DNA of 64,000 bases from Felis catus (GCF_018350175.1 NC_058369.1:28398001-28462000); one strand, 5' to 3'; positions 40,091 to 53,506 are shown, numbered from the stretch's first letter. Program-made: numbers and translations. The notes: generated from the sequence alone by a model not told the origin.

Positions 40091-40791
40091 ATAGAGGATG
40101 CCTAAGTGTTCACTGTGGAAGTTACATGGGTGAAATGCTTCACTTTAATAATTACTGGCTTGACTACAAGTGAAGAAATCTGAGAAATGAATGACTACTC
40201 TTTTCTAATTTTATACAGGAGGAAACTGAGGAACAGAGATGAGACAGCTTCCCTGGGGCTTCATAGCAAGAAACTCTTCCTTCAGCCTAATGCTGTATTC
40301 TTCTCCAATATTTTCTTGACAGGCTCCTGGTGTCCAGATGCTGCATAAGAATCACATATATCCAGAATTTATAGAAAGCTAGTGCAAGCAATAGGAAAAA
40401 TGCAAAAGTCTAACAGAAAAACAGGCAAAAATATGAATAGGTAATTCTCAAAAGAGAGAGAGAGAGAGAAATAGAAATGGCCAATAATGGGAAAACGTTC
40501 AACCTCATTATTAATGAAAGAAATTAAAACAAAAATCACAGTGAACCATTTTTTTGTATCTTTCAGGTTGATGGAGTTTTAAATTTACACTAACCCGTGT
40601 TGTTATAAGGAATTAAGTGCTCTCAGAGGCAGATGATATGAGTAGAAATTAATACCTTTCCAAAAGTCAGGGAAGCAAGTTTCATAACTCTTTAATGTTA
40701 TATTTTGTATAACAATTTCATTTCTAGGATTATAGCTCAAGAAAACAACTTGTCAAGTCCAATAAAGATGTATGTATAAGGACATTTATTC

Positions 40792-40804
40792 TTTTTCTTA
40801 AAGT

Positions 40805-40847
<43 letters not shown>

Positions 40848-41000
40848 GAGAGCACATGGGAGGGGCAGAGAGAGAGGAAGACAGGGAGAATCTGAAGTAG
40901 GCTTCATTGCTGCAGTGCAGAGCCCGACATGGGGCTCTAATTCGTGAAACTATGAGATCATGACCAGAGCCACACTCAATCTACTGAGCCACCCAGCCCC
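40792..41000 (-). mobile_element. CanSINE with (TAAA)n tail
   Basis: TSD AGGAC(A/T)TTTATTCT. Confidence 0.9.
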
Positions 41001-41056
41001 TTCCCCCAGGACTTTTATTCTATTGTTCTTTGTAACACTGAAAAATCAGAAACAAT

Positions 41057-41272
41057 CTTTTTTTCTTTATTTTTTGTAACATTTATTTATTATTGAGAGA
41101 CAGAGCATGAGCATGGGAGGGGCAGAGAGAGGGGGAGACACAGAATCCAAAGTAGGCTCCAGGCTCTGAGCTGTCAGCACAGAGCCCAACGCGAGGCTCG
41201 AACTCCCAAACCACAAAACCATAACCTAAGCAGAAGTCAGAGGCTTAACCGACTGAGCCACCCAGGCGCCCC
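41057..41272 (-). mobile_element. CanSINE
   Basis: TSD TGAAA(A/T)ATCAGAAACAATCTT. Confidence 0.95.
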
Positions 41273-43230
41273 TGAAATATCAGAAACAATCTTAATGTCC
41301 ATCAACAGAGGACTGGCTAAATAAACCTGGGATACCTATCAAATGGAATACAATGCAACTTTTAAAATGATGATGTAGATGCATATTTAGATATCAGGTT
41401 AAAAAAAACTATGTTACAAAATTACATGTGGAACAGCATACATATTACATATAAATATGTATGTTTCTGTATTCAAGCATAGGGAGACATTCGGAAAGAA
41501 ATTTACAAAATTTAAATACCTGTGAGTATTCAAATTTCAGGTGAGTCTTACTCTCTTCTTTTAGTTTATCTTAAAGACACATCAATAATCCGGGGGTTGG
41601 GGAGCTTTTTTCACTTTGGGGAAAAATGTGTTGAGTAATGACTAATTCCCTTCAAAAAAGAAAATGTATCCTTCAGGAAGAAATCACAGAAATTAGGCAC
41701 CACGTTTTGATTTTGTATGTATCAGACAAACGTGAAATCCTTGAAGGGAATCAGACACGCGCTGGATCACTCAGACTTCACGATGGGAAGTACATTAAAC
41801 CGAAGCTTTTGTGCCCTTCAAGGGTGCCCTTCACCCATGTGTATAAAGAGGGAAAACCAGAGGGAACCTGGGTTCAGTAGGTGCTTCCCAGCCTTCCCTG
41901 ATCCAAAAGGACACCTAGGTGGTAACCAGCGAGAGTCCACTCCCATTCTCAACAATGGCTACATTTTTGCCTTTGCCTTTGCACACTCTTCATACCCACA
42001 AGTCTGGATAAATTCCACTCTTGGAGCTTCCACCATCTGACAGCAAATGCCACTGTTTCAAAATCCCATTTGTGCCTATTTGCTGTTAGAAAGCTTTGGG
42101 GAGGGCATGCATGACCTATAAAATACGGGTCTCAAAACTTAACTCGGAGAAATCGGTTCCTGATTTATCTCCCAATTCTGTCCCCCAGAGGAGGGCAAAA
42201 GATGTTATGACAGAGCCCACAGAGAGTTTAATTCAGAAAGACAGGCACTTAATTTAGTTATTCGGAAAAATTACAAACCCTACTATGTCACTTTAGAAAT
42301 GTCAGAATGGAGATTTCAGTGTATCCTGTTAGGCGTCTGTCATGCTCTCAGTAATATCACTTGTGACAGCTGTAAGAGAAGCAATACACATTGGCCTTCT
42401 AGCTCTTTAAGAACACACAACTTAATCCATCTGAAAGTAGTTGTGTTGTTGACCCCGGGGTTCTTTTTATTGGAACACATTCAGACACAAACTCTGGGAT
42501 AGTTCTGGAATATTATATGAGGGTGAATTACAGGCAGTCATACAACCTAGCATTGTCCTTTAAAGCGTTTTTATGAGGCAGAGCCAAAGGCTGACAAAAC
42601 TCTCCTTCACCACAGAGGAAATCTAGGCTAAAAAGGAAAATAAGAAGTTTATGAACTATTAAAAAAAATAAAGCCTCAGAGTGAGGGAGTTATGGATTAA
42701 GTTCCGATCCATTAATTCTTTTTTTCCCTGACTGAGCCGGCTGAAGACTTGCGGCCCTCTGGTGGGGGACAGAACCACTCCCATGCAGAAGGCACAGGAA
42801 AAGGGACAGAAATGGCTGGCAAGTGGGGGGGGGGGGGCAGACCCATTCGTTTGGATGTTAATTTATACGAGAATCTGGAATTCAATAACTTCACATCCCC
42901 CAGGTTAGGGAAAGATCCATTCCCCAATTTCCTTTGGGAGTTCTATTACATTAAGCAATATTCTGTTTGGCTAGACATGCCATTCTTCTCTTGAAGGAAA
43001 TTAATTTCTTGACTCTTCCAGCTAATATAATCCCAATTCAGTGCTTGAAGTTTTCTCAGGGCACTACTAGATGAAATGAAGTTCTAAGGTACCTCTTGTG
43101 GGAACTCACAAGCTATACATGGAAATGATGGAGGAGAGGCCAGTTAAAAGAGGGCAAGGCAGGGGAAATCAGGTGTTGACCTGCCCCTCAGAAGCCACAG
43201 TGGTGATTTGTTAAGAGTGCTCCATACTTT

Positions 43231-43420
43231 GGGGTGCCTGGATGACTTAGTCGGTTAAGCCTCCAACTCTTGATTTGGCTCAGGCCATGATCTCAAATTT
43301 CGTGAGATTGAGCCCCATGTTAGGGTCCGTGCTGACAGCACAGAGCCCTGCTTGGGATTCTCTCTCTGCCCCTCTGAGCTCTCTCTGCCTCTCAAAATAA
43401 ATAAATAAACTTTAAAAAAA
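43231..43420 (+). mobile_element. CanSINE
   Basis: Canonical body and tail. Confidence 0.93.
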
Positions 43421-43512
43421 GGGTGTGTGTGTGCTATATTCTTAACTCTTCCCTGAATAGGGCTCTTTTATGATTTCCCTAGGAAATTTATTTGTAAGAA
43501 TGGAGGGCCTTT

Positions 43513-43735
43513 GGGGCATCTGGGTGGTTCAATTGGTTAAGTGTTCGACTTCAGGTCAGGTCATGAGCTCACAGCTCATGGGTTCGAGCCCCATGTTGGG
43601 CTCTGTGCTGACAGCTCAGAGCCTGGAGCCTGCTTCCGATTTCTGTGTCTCCCTCTCTCTCTGCCCCAACTCCGCTTGCACTCTGTCTCTTTCTGTCTCT
43701 CAGAAATGAATAAACCTAAAAAAAATTGTTTTAAA
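43513..43735 (+). mobile_element. CanSINE
   Basis: TSD AAGAATGGAGGG(C/A)CTTT. Confidence 0.95.
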
Positions 43736-44173
43736 AGAATGGAGGGACTTTGAACAGGATAAATAAAAGATGATAAGAAAAAGAAACAGTGATTTCCAGT
43801 TGTTTAAAAGGCAACCCAATGAGTCTCTACCAGCAAAAGAAAAAGGTCAGGATCAATAAAGGGGGCTTTCCTTTGGAAGGAGATCTGTTTTCAATTTAAC
43901 ACAAATAAACCCTTATGGTGGGCCTTCTGAAGACCAAGGAAACATTCAACTATACAAGGCATCTGGCCTTGCCAGAAAAATTAAACATCTCCATTTGAAA
44001 TTCTCCAACAATATCAAAACAAAGCAAAACAAAACAACCCTGCACACTCTGCCCCCCTCCTCAGCCCTCTGCCTGCAGGGCAAAGGTTACTTACACTGAA
44101 GAGTAGAAACAAGTCTTCAAATGTAAAGATACTACTACTCATAGATGCAATTTTATTTTAAAAGTAGCTTTTT

Positions 44174-44297
44174 GGGAATGCCTGCCTGGCTCAGTTGGAG
44201 GAGCTTGTGAGTATTGATCTCAGGGTTGTGAGTTCGAGCCCCACGTTGTGTGTAGAGATTCCCAAGAAAAATAAATAAACTTTGAAAAAAAATAAGT
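44174..44297 (+). mobile_element. Short CanSINE variant lacking the CT tract
   Basis: tRNA-like A/B boxes then A tail; TSD AAAAGTAG(C/G)TTTTT. Confidence 0.88.
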
Positions 44298-44457
44298 AAA
44301 AGTAGGTTTTTGGAGACATTATCTTAAAGATGATGTTAACCGGGAAATCCCTCATATAAGGAGGGAATGGGTTTGGGAATAGTGCAGGATACTGAGTATC
44401 ACTGATGACAGAACTCCTACCCTCAAAGGCATCTTGGTCAAACTCACCATCTCTTGT

Positions 44458-44637
44458 TCTTTTTTTTTATGTTTATTTATTTATTTTGAGAGAGAGACAG
44501 AGAGGGAGAGAGAGAGAGAGGTAGAGAGGGAGACAGGATCTTTCTAGCTGAGCATGGACCCCAACATAGGGCTCGATCTCACAACCATGAGATCATGACC
44601 TGAGCTGGAATCCAGAGTCAGATGCTTAACTGGCACC
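44458..44637 (-). mobile_element. CanSINE (5' truncated)
   Basis: TSD CTCTTGTTCTTTTT. Confidence 0.9.
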
Positions 44638-44802
44638 TCTCTCTTGTTCTTTTTATAGGTCCCGTTGCTTGTGTAAAGTAAGTACTGGCTCAACTACTAT
44701 CATTTGCAAGATATACAATGAATGGCATTTTTCTCAGCCTTATTTTCTTTGACAAATCTAATGCTTGCTGTCATGGTAGAGCTGTTCTGAACACAGATGT
44801 TC

Positions 44803-44804
<2 letters not shown>

Positions 44805-44833
<29 letters not shown>

Positions 44834-44879
44834 TGTATACACATACACCACATACAACACACACACGCACACACACACA
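44805..44879 (+). repeat. Interrupted (CA)n microsatellite
   Basis: Direct reading. Confidence 0.93.
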
Positions 44880-45224
44880 GTTTTATTGATTCCATAAGCC
44901 TGACAGTCACCTATTACTACACCCTTAGTTAGGCCTAATTCCTATCTCTTACTAGCTATACCGTCTCCCCCTTTTCCTTCCTCTCAAGAAAGCATATGAG
45001 ATTGCAAGGCTGCAAGGAATTAAGTATTTTAACCTTATATCTGCTTTCATTAAAAAAGAAAAAAAGAAAGTCATCTGCATCCCTAAGCAATTTAAGTATT
45101 ATTAGGGAAAAACTATGCGGAATACATCTCACAAACCATCACACCCACTGGTGGCATTCAGCATCAAAGTTAGCTTCTTGCCTGTAATGATCCCCCCACC
45201 CACATGCATGCATGCACATATGCA

Positions 45225-45225
<1 letters not shown>

Positions 45226-45265
<40 letters not shown>
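45226..45265 (+). repeat. (CA)n microsatellite
   Basis: Direct reading. Confidence 0.95.
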
Positions 45266-45267
<2 letters not shown>

Positions 45268-45419
45268 CTTCACCTATTTAAATCCTACCAGTATCTCAAA
45301 ATCCATCTACTCTATAGATGCAAATCCTTCAACCTGCCCTCTCTGGACTCTAGCAGAGTTCACAAGTTTGAGTTTTCCAGAAGACAGGGGCATTATTTGC
45401 ACGATGGAAGCCAATTTTC

Positions 45420-45908
45420 AGACATAAACCTTCACTCCTCAGCAGTGGCGACCGGGAAACCAGAGAACGATACCCCAGGTGGAGAAGCCACGGCCAGTCA
45501 GCCCCAGCCCACTGCTGCCACATGGGAATGTGGCCCACTGCCACTTGATCTTCCCAGTTTTAGGAGAAGCCAAATACCTGCATTTTATTTTTTTAAGTTT
45601 ATTCATTTATTTTGAGACAGAGACAGTGTGAGTAGGGGAGGGGAAGAGAGAGAGAGAATCCCAAGCAGGATCCATGCTGCCAGCATAGAGCCTGATGCAG
45701 AGCTCGAACCCACAAAGCTGTGAGGTCATGACCTGAGCCTGAAGCAAGAATCCACACTTAACCGACTGAGCCACCCAGGTGCCCCAAGATATCTGCATCT
45801 TATGTGAACTATCCCAATTTTAAATGTTGGCTCAATTAAGAAGGGTAAGAAAACAGCAACTATGTGACCTGTGTTAAACCCACCAAACCACTAATTTGCA
45901 TCCTCTGG
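45420..45908. mobile_element. hAT-Charlie MITE (MER102-like) interrupted by a SINE
   Basis: 'ggagaagccaaa...tgtgaactatcccaattttaaatgttggc...tttgcatcctctg'. Confidence 0.55.
45587..45786 (-). mobile_element. CanSINE
   Basis: TSD ATA(C/T)CTGCAT(T/C)TTA. Confidence 0.93.
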
Positions 45909-47624
45909 TCCCTACCAAACAGGTGAAGCTTAATGATAAAGGACCCACGTATAAATGGGTGTGGTGTATGTGTGTGCCTCACATCACCAGGTAGATCAGT
46001 ATGCCTCAGAAAGACACACATAAACTTGTGTCATATATAACTCGAAAATGAGGCAGAGCTTTACCTCCCAGTCTTCAACTTTAGCTTATTTAAAGTTTCA
46101 AATGATGGACAAGGAGGACCTTAGGTATTTATATTTAGAAAAGAAGGACATTGGTCAAAGAAGTTAAGGAACACTGAGCCTGACGGTAAAGCCCAGGAGG
46201 GCAGACGGTACATCCTTATCTATTTTATTCAGCATGTATCAAGAGTATAATCAAAATATATAGGTTTGAATAGAACTGGTTTGAATCTTTTAACGAACCA
46301 GACTCCGGACAACCATTGCATGCCTTAGAAGGTTGATTTTGCCAGATTGCACATTGAGTACCAATCAATTTCCAGCCTGCCAATAAGGCATCCCATCCTT
46401 TGGTCAGATCTTAGTAAAAGATGCCCGCACCTAAATATTTTTACTTTATAATATTAATAGTTCTAAACCCATCTAAAACAGTAAAGAAAAGTGCCTGGCA
46501 CAGAAAATGCATTCAAAGCGTATTAGTTAAACTTGACTAAAAAGAAATAAGCAAAAGACAAAACTTCCAGGCATCTTGTCTCTCTGTGGAGAAGCAAGAG
46601 CGCCCTGTGGTTTGGGCTTCTTTTATCAAAGGCATACCCATGCCTTTTTGTCAGATAAACTTATTTGGTTTTCCTTGTGTAATGGGGTGAGTATTGTACA
46701 AGGTTTCAATGCCTTTTTTTCCAACTCAAATTGTCCCTCAGAGGCTCAAAGTACTAACAAAGTGCTTCGCTGCATGAAAGTGCTGTCCACATTTGTCTGG
46801 CAAATATGATGCCGACTGAAAAGCCTGATAGGTGTGTAATTTGTCACGGGCACAATCGAGCTCCAGGCTGCTTCCACCAGAGAGCGAATTCAACTTTATA
46901 AAGAGAAGCGTGGACAGGAAAGCCTTCCAGCAGGATTCCCAATAACCAGAATATGGGCATGAGATCCAAAGACTAATAAAATGGACCGGGGCGAAGGTGC
47001 TGATAAAGCAGCAGCCTAAGGAGAGAAGAGGGGGGAACTGAGCCATGATTTTGGATTGAAGCACACGGGATGGCACAGAAAAGAGGAAGATCTCTGGTGT
47101 CACCTACAACTGTGTAACAGCTCTAGGGTTTAGGCTACATTGTCCTAGTTTCTACAAATGTGGAAACAGGCTCAGAAATGTCTATAGTCTCGCCCAGCCA
47201 CTTAGTGGCTTAACTGGAGTTTGGCCAGGTGTTTCTAGCTCTAAAGCTCAAGGCTAGTCAATACCTAACGCCACCTTCCAATAAATCAGCTAGACAGTCA
47301 ACTGCAGGTAATTAGCTATGCTGTGAAACTACAGATTAGGGAGAGGGAGGTGTTCATTTTTTAGCTTAATTTTGTTAAAGACATAATATACCAACCATAG
47401 AAAACAATCTGCTGAGCGATAGTAAATCAGTCCTGTTGTTAGTAAGTGCATTTCATTCAAACGTAATACCTTTGACATCCCCCAGATACTAGAGAGATAG
47501 AAATTCAAATGCATTCAAGATAAGCTCAGAACTAATCTTTTTTTGTTTTGTTTTTTGTTTTTGTTTTTTGTGGTTTTTTTTTTTTTTGCATTATTGCATA
47601 CATGGAAAGATATTTTCATTGAAA

Positions 47625-48270
47625 AGGATGCTTGTTTATTCAATCACCAAATATTTATGGAGAAACCACCCAGGCCAGAAGTGGCTCTGAACTCTGAGGA
47701 TGACAGAGTGAATAAGACAGAGAAGCCCTGTGCCTAAAGGAAACTTGCTTTCCTTTGTTCAGAGACAGACTCAGCAAAGCAAAGGAGGGAGAGAGGGAGG
47801 AGACACGTATGGTTTGTGGTAAATGCTGTGAAGCAAAAACTGAGGTGCCTGATAAAGAATTAACAAAGGGCACCCTTTATAGGGGGAGGACCTAGTGGGA
47901 GAGCCTCCCTGAGATGAGGTTGTTTAATGAATAAAGTATAAATCATGACAAAGAGTCCACAATGGAAGGAGATGAGGGAAGGGTGTTCCAGACAGAGCGT
48001 CCAGGGAGGACAATGAGCTTCATTGATTCCAAGAAAGGTTGGACCTGCCCTGTGAGTGGCCGCAGCAAGCGAGGTGCCATAGATGTTGAGGGGCAGGGGA
48101 TAAGAGACACTCCCTCTTGTACACTACTAGAGTGGTCTGGATTTTATGCTAAGCTCAACAGAAAGCTGTCAAGTGATTGGGTCTCAAACAGAGGTCCAAC
48201 ACACACACACAGACTGAGGGTTTTATGTCAGCTGTTGTATGAAGAATGGGAAAGAAGAGGACCAGCAAAG
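47625..48270 (-). mobile_element. L2 fragment
   Basis: 'ttattcaatcaccaaatatttatggag', 'gggaagggtgttccagacagag'. Confidence 0.6.
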
Positions 48271-48317
48271 AAGTGGGAGAACTGGCTGCAGTTGGGAGAC
48301 AGCACTTGGAAGCTCCG

Positions 48318-48872
48318 CTGGATGCCTGCCATTTGCCCTCAAAATCTACCCTCCACCCTTTCCTATCCTGTTGTCTGCCTCAGAGGCTGGCTTCTGCAGG
48401 TCACAGCCAAGGCTTCCTGTGGCTTTTGACTTCCACTTGGGTTTGGCCAACAGGAAGCTCCAACTCAAGATTAGAGGAAGGGAGAAGAGAAACTTTGGAA
48501 CGTTTATTCCCTCAGCTCCCCACTATCTGCACCTCTCCCCTTCCCCAAGGGATCACAGTCTGGTTGTATCCCTCAAATACAGACTGGTAGTTGGTCAAAT
48601 GCCTTCTGCCAGGTGGTCCATCCTACAGCTCCCCGCCCCCCCCCCCCCAGCGTTCTAGTACCCTTCCCTCTCCAAGCACCTCTCCTCTCCTCTCCTCTCC
48701 TCTCCTCTCCTCTCCTCTCCAGGCCTTGCATAGTACCAGAAAAGACTGCTACTGGGCCTCAGGGCACTACACTCCAGGACTTGTGCTTTGAAAATGGTAC
48801 CTATATTAAACTCTAGTCAAATTACCCAATTTGTAAATGCCATCTGTTTCCTGCTGGGTTCCTTACTGACAC
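48318..48872 (-). mobile_element. ERVL LTR (LTR16-like) with internal (CCTCT)n
   Basis: 'cttccacttgggtttggccaacaggaag', end 'ccatctgtttcctgctgggttccttactgacaca'. Confidence 0.75.
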
Positions 48873-49179
48873 AGGAAGAGAGAGGCAAGATTTGATTTGG
48901 AAAGTTCAGTTACTGTGGTCCTTGACTAATATTCTGCTCTGCTGATGCTCTGTATTTCTGATGTAAGGGTCACAAACCTAAAAAGGTTACCAAGAAATCA
49001 TGCACTTCTTTCCTTCTTTAAGAGAAGGAACAACCATAAACTGACCAAAGAAATAAAGTGTCAAAATCATGGGTGTTAGGGTTCAGAAAACAAAATAAGA
49101 ATTCATCATCACCAGTATTTCATTTCAGGCCAGTTACCAAGAGCTCTTGCTTAAATATGTAGATTTATAGTTCTCATTC

Positions 49180-50285
49180 AAGTTTTCATTTATTTAACCA
49201 ATGTTTATTAAGGGCTACTACTTGCAAGGCATTATTTGAGGCACTTGGGGATAGGGCAAAGACCAAATCAAAATATCTACCCTTTTGGAGCTTATACTCT
49301 GAAGGAGAGTCATAACATAAATCAACAAGATCTGACGTGCTCATAAAAATTAGTTAAGGAGGACAGAGGGTGGGAGATTTCTATGAGAGAATATTACCTT
49401 TCTTAAAAGGTAATACCTGAGCACAGACCAAAAGGATGGGATGAAGTGAGCACTGACAACACTCAGGGGAAGCATGACCAGGAGAAGAAACTACGAGAGG
49501 CTGAGGCAAGGAGTGCTGGACACTTCCAAGTAACAGTGAAAGGCCAGTGTGGCTGCAGCAGACAGGGTGGGGACAGCTGGCAGCCTAGCAGTTAGAGAAA
49601 CAGGTGAGACAGAGCTACCAGCCCCTTGGAGAATTTGGCTGCTATTCTGAAGACAAGAAACCATTAGGATTTTTGAGCAGAGTGGTGACAGGAACGGACT
49701 TAGTCTGGGGAGGACCTTCTAGCTGCTGCACCTCAGATAAGGTGGCAAAGACAGAACGGCAAAAAAACACTCAGACAAAAGTCTGGGGCAGAGATGCTAG
49801 TGGCTTGGACCAGGGTGATAGCATTTATGTTTGATGAGCAAAGATAAGTAGGCATTGGATACACACTCCAAGTGTGGAGCTGAGCTGGAGATAGAGATCT
49901 GGAAAGCATCAGGAAATGGCATGAGCCCGAAAGAGACCATCTAGGGAGTGAAGAGAGGGAGAAGAGACAAATTCAAAGGTTGGAACCCTGAAGCACTGTA
50001 GGCTGACAGGTCAGAAAGATAAAGGGAACCAGAAAAGGACATTGAAAAGGAGGGGCCAGTAGGGTAGCAGGAAAAACCAGGAGAGTGTGGTGTCCCAAAG
50101 CCAATGGAAGAAAGCATGTCAAGAAGGAGGAAGTGATGACAGGGTGCCTGGGTGGCTCAGTCAGTTAAGCATCTGACTCTTGACTTTGGCTCAGGTCATG
50201 ACCTCATGGTTTGAGGGATCGAGCCCTGTATCAGGCTCTGTGCTGACAGTGTGGAACCTGCTTGGGATTTTTTCTCTCTCTGCCC

Positions 50286-50330
<45 letters not shown>

Positions 50331-50935
50331 ATAAAGAAATAAATTTTAAGAAGACGAGGAAGAGGAAGAGGAAGAGGAAGAGGAAGAAGAAGAAGAAGAA
50401 GAAGAAGAAGAAGAAGAAGAAGAAGAAGAAGAAAACGATGTTGCAGATGGATCAAGTGAGAAAATAATTGGGGGCAAAAGGGTCTGGCCAGGAAGGGGCC
50501 TCCAGGGACCCCACAGTGCTTGGAGAAGTAGTGGAGATGATGTTCTTTGTTGTCAATGGGGAGCAGACAAATGCCTGGTAGCCAGGAGTTAAGCAGGTTT
50601 TCTTCTTTCTTTTTTATTCAATGTGGAGAGAGTAGAGCATCTGTGAATGCTGCTGGGAATTGTCTAGCAGGGAGAGGAATCCAAGGGATGCAGGAGTGAG
50701 AGGGGGTGACGTCTAGGACCCCCCTGGAGGCCGCGGGTGGGAGCGCAGCATTCGTCTTGTGGAACAAAGCACAGTGTCTAATTGCACACGGGCTCTGGAG
50801 AGCAAGTGGGCGGTTTCCTCCTGACTGAGCTTTTCCGTAAAACAGGAAGTGTGGTCACCCATTCAGTAGAGAACCAGGGAGGAGCCACTGGAGGCCTGAG
50901 AGGAGATGAGAGCGTGAAACAGTCATCCAGGACAA
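49180..50935 (-). mobile_element. Long L2 fragment interrupted by a SINE
   Basis: L2 3' end at 49180 and purine-rich body ('gaaaaaccaggagagtgtggtgtcccaaagcca'). Confidence 0.7.
50142..50348 (+). mobile_element. CanSINE followed by (GAGGAA)n(GAA)n to 50433
   Basis: Canonical body; microsatellite read directly. Confidence 0.94.
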
Positions 50936-51240
50936 GGGGGTGGAGTAGGGGCGGGTAGCAACTTGTCTTTGATGTGAATCCACAAATCCCATCAGTATTA
51001 ATTTAGGGTAGAGAAAAAACTAAGACACTCGTGTGAGGAAAATACAGACGATATGGCAATCGGAAACTATAGGGAGGAGAATCCCAATCCCCGAAGGTTG
51101 CCTTTGGTGGTGTTCTCCGGGTTCCGATCCAGGCGAAAGGGATGTGGGGGGCGGTCCCTGTGCCTGAAAGGGCACTAAAGAGAATGTGGGGATTCCCACT
51201 TTCCGCAACACTTGTGAGCAATTCAACCAACGCAGCATTC
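50700..51240. promoter_or_regulatory. CpG-retaining candidate regulatory element
   Basis: About 20 CpG in 540 bp; GGGGATTCCC, CAGGAAGT/TGTGGT and GGGCGG motifs. Confidence 0.35.
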
Positions 51241-53221
51241 AAATATATGGAAATGATCTTTATTTTAGGTTCTTTCTCATTTAGCCTTTTAGATTCTGAG
51301 AATGTGCAAAATAAATCTCAAACTCTGCTTTTAAAAGTTTTCTTGTAAATCATCCCTGGTTTGTAAAAGCTAAGCTCCTAAATATAACCAGAGGAGAAAG
51401 AAAAGAAAAAGAAAAAGAAAAAGAAAAAAAGACTAATGACCCCTGACATTAGAATTTAAAATGCCCTGCATGCAAATTCACTTTCCCTTCACTCTTTTGT
51501 AATGCAATAAGCAGTGAGAATTAGAATTGCAAAAATACCAAAAGCACTCCGTGGAAATGATACAACAAAGTAGTTTCACAGTGATACTGAGAAAGGAATA
51601 TGAAATGAATACAAGATAACACGGAGGGACAGAATCTGGTGTTATGTATGTATAAGCGAGTGTGTGTATGTGCACATGCATGTCTGAGAGAGAGCAAGGG
51701 AAAGAAAATTATTTATTTCTTTGCTTTATTCGCCCTGAACAAATTAAAAAAAAAAAAATAGACGCTGCTTTAGTCACCTTTCAACAATGTGACACATGGT
51801 CCCTATTTTAGTTACAAATGATTTTTCATTAAGTAGTTTTTGAATATTTACTTGTAAAAATAAAAGATCTTTTGAATGCCTGGTTTAAAAAAATAACAAA
51901 ATCAAGCGATTATCAAGATAGGCTTTCCAATGCTCCCTGACGCTATTTTCTTCCAATTATTATTTCTTACATTCCTAAGCACCACAGAACTCTGATGCTG
52001 CAGGTGTTTCTCCCCGGGCTTCAGTTAAACACTTGAAATGTGACAATGAAAGTGAGGTAGACTGTTTGATGCCCTGTAGTGGGAACATATTAAGGAGTGC
52101 AATCAAGTCATGTGACCCATATGGCTATATCAGCTGCACAGACATAGACTAGTGCCTGCTCCCGCCCCACATCCTTCTTTTCCTTTTTGTGCCACTCCCA
52201 TCCACGGAATGAAAGAGAAGCTTCTCTACTTGGGCTACGAAGAAACAGAAAAGAAAATGTCTAAAAATTTCTCCTTACTTTTTTACTTGCATCAAATCTA
52301 AGGTAATTTCATACGGTTCCTGGGCTCACACATCCAAAGAGAACTCCATGATTAACGCAAAGTGCAGTTCAACCAAGGTAGACACCTCCACGTGAGCATG
52401 CTGGGCAATCTGGTGTGATACGCCAAGTAAGTCACGTGGTACTGGAACTCCTGTTGTGGATGACATCATCTGTCCTGCCTCAGTATCTCTTCTCCCCTTC
52501 TCTGTTACTAACAGAACCCTGATTTTTTTTTTTTTATGACCTAAATAAAATACTCAGCTTCAGAATTCCATGCATCTAGGAGCAATCAAAAGGGACAATG
52601 AGATCAATAAAAAGTTGCTTGGTGGGACTTCCAGGAAGGTTCCTTGAAAAGATTAGACTCAGATGTCATAAACAGTCTGTGAGCTTTAGCTTTTGGGCAT
52701 CTCCCTTTCCTCTTTGTTCTGCCTGTGATAGCCAGAGATGGAGCGAGTAGCCAGGTTTTAGTCATGAGGACACAAGTCTCAAGGCAAGGCAGGACAAAGC
52801 AGAAAGATGGAGCGAGCTGGGTCTTGATGGTACTCTCAATTTGTTGATGCATCCTGGGAAAAATAAACCCTTTTTTGGTCAAACCATTTGTGATGTTTAA
52901 ATTTACGTGTCAATACGAACTGGCCACAGTACCTAGATATTTGGTCAGACGTGTCTTGATGTTGCTGTGAAGGTATATTTTTTAGGTGAGATTCACCTTT
53001 AAATCAGTAGACATTGAATAAAGCACATTACCCTCCATAGGATGAGTGGGCCTCATCCAATCAGCCTTAAGAAAAAAAGTGACTTCCCTTGAGGAAGAGA
53101 GATTCTGCCAGCAGGCTACCTTAAGACACGAGCAGCAAAATCAACTTTTCTCTGGGTCTCCAGCCTGCCGGCCTACCTTACAGACTTTGGACTTGGTAGT
53201 CTTCACAGTCACATTAGTCAC

Positions 53222-53430
53222 TTTTTTTTTTTAACATTTATTTATTATTATTGAGAGACAGAGCATGAGTATGGGAGGGGCAGAGAGAGGAGGAGACACA
53301 GAATCTGATACAGGATCCAGGCTCTGAGCTGTCAGCACAGAGCCCAATGTGGGGCTCAAACTCACAAACCATGAGATCATGACCTGAGCTGATGTTGGAC
53401 GCTTAACTGACTGAGCCACCCAGGCGCCCC
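53222..53430 (-). mobile_element. CanSINE
   Basis: TSD CACATTAGTCACTTTT. Confidence 0.95.
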
Positions 53431-53506
53431 ACACATTAGTCACTTTTAAATCAATTGATCAATCTCTCCCTCTCCTATACACACATATATATATATGAGA
53501 TACATA

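Larger units (their letters stand above)
40345..41560 (+). mobile_element. Ancient L1 (L1ME-like) interrupted by two SINEs
   Basis: 'aaatggccaataatgggaaaacgttcaacctcatta', 'aatgtccatcaacagaggactggctaaataaac'. Confidence 0.7.

Noticed and set aside
41736..41805. Possible plus-strand exon (tatcag|ACAAAC...GGGAA|gtacat)
   Set aside because: Weak splice sites, unrecognised peptide, opposite to the inferred host strand
44174..44260. tRNA-like sequence with A/B boxes
   Set aside because: Head of a tRNA-derived CanSINE with A tail and TSD, not a tRNA gene
45115..45615. 166-aa ORF
   Set aside because: Spans (CA)n, a DNA-transposon relic and a SINE tail; no recognisable domain
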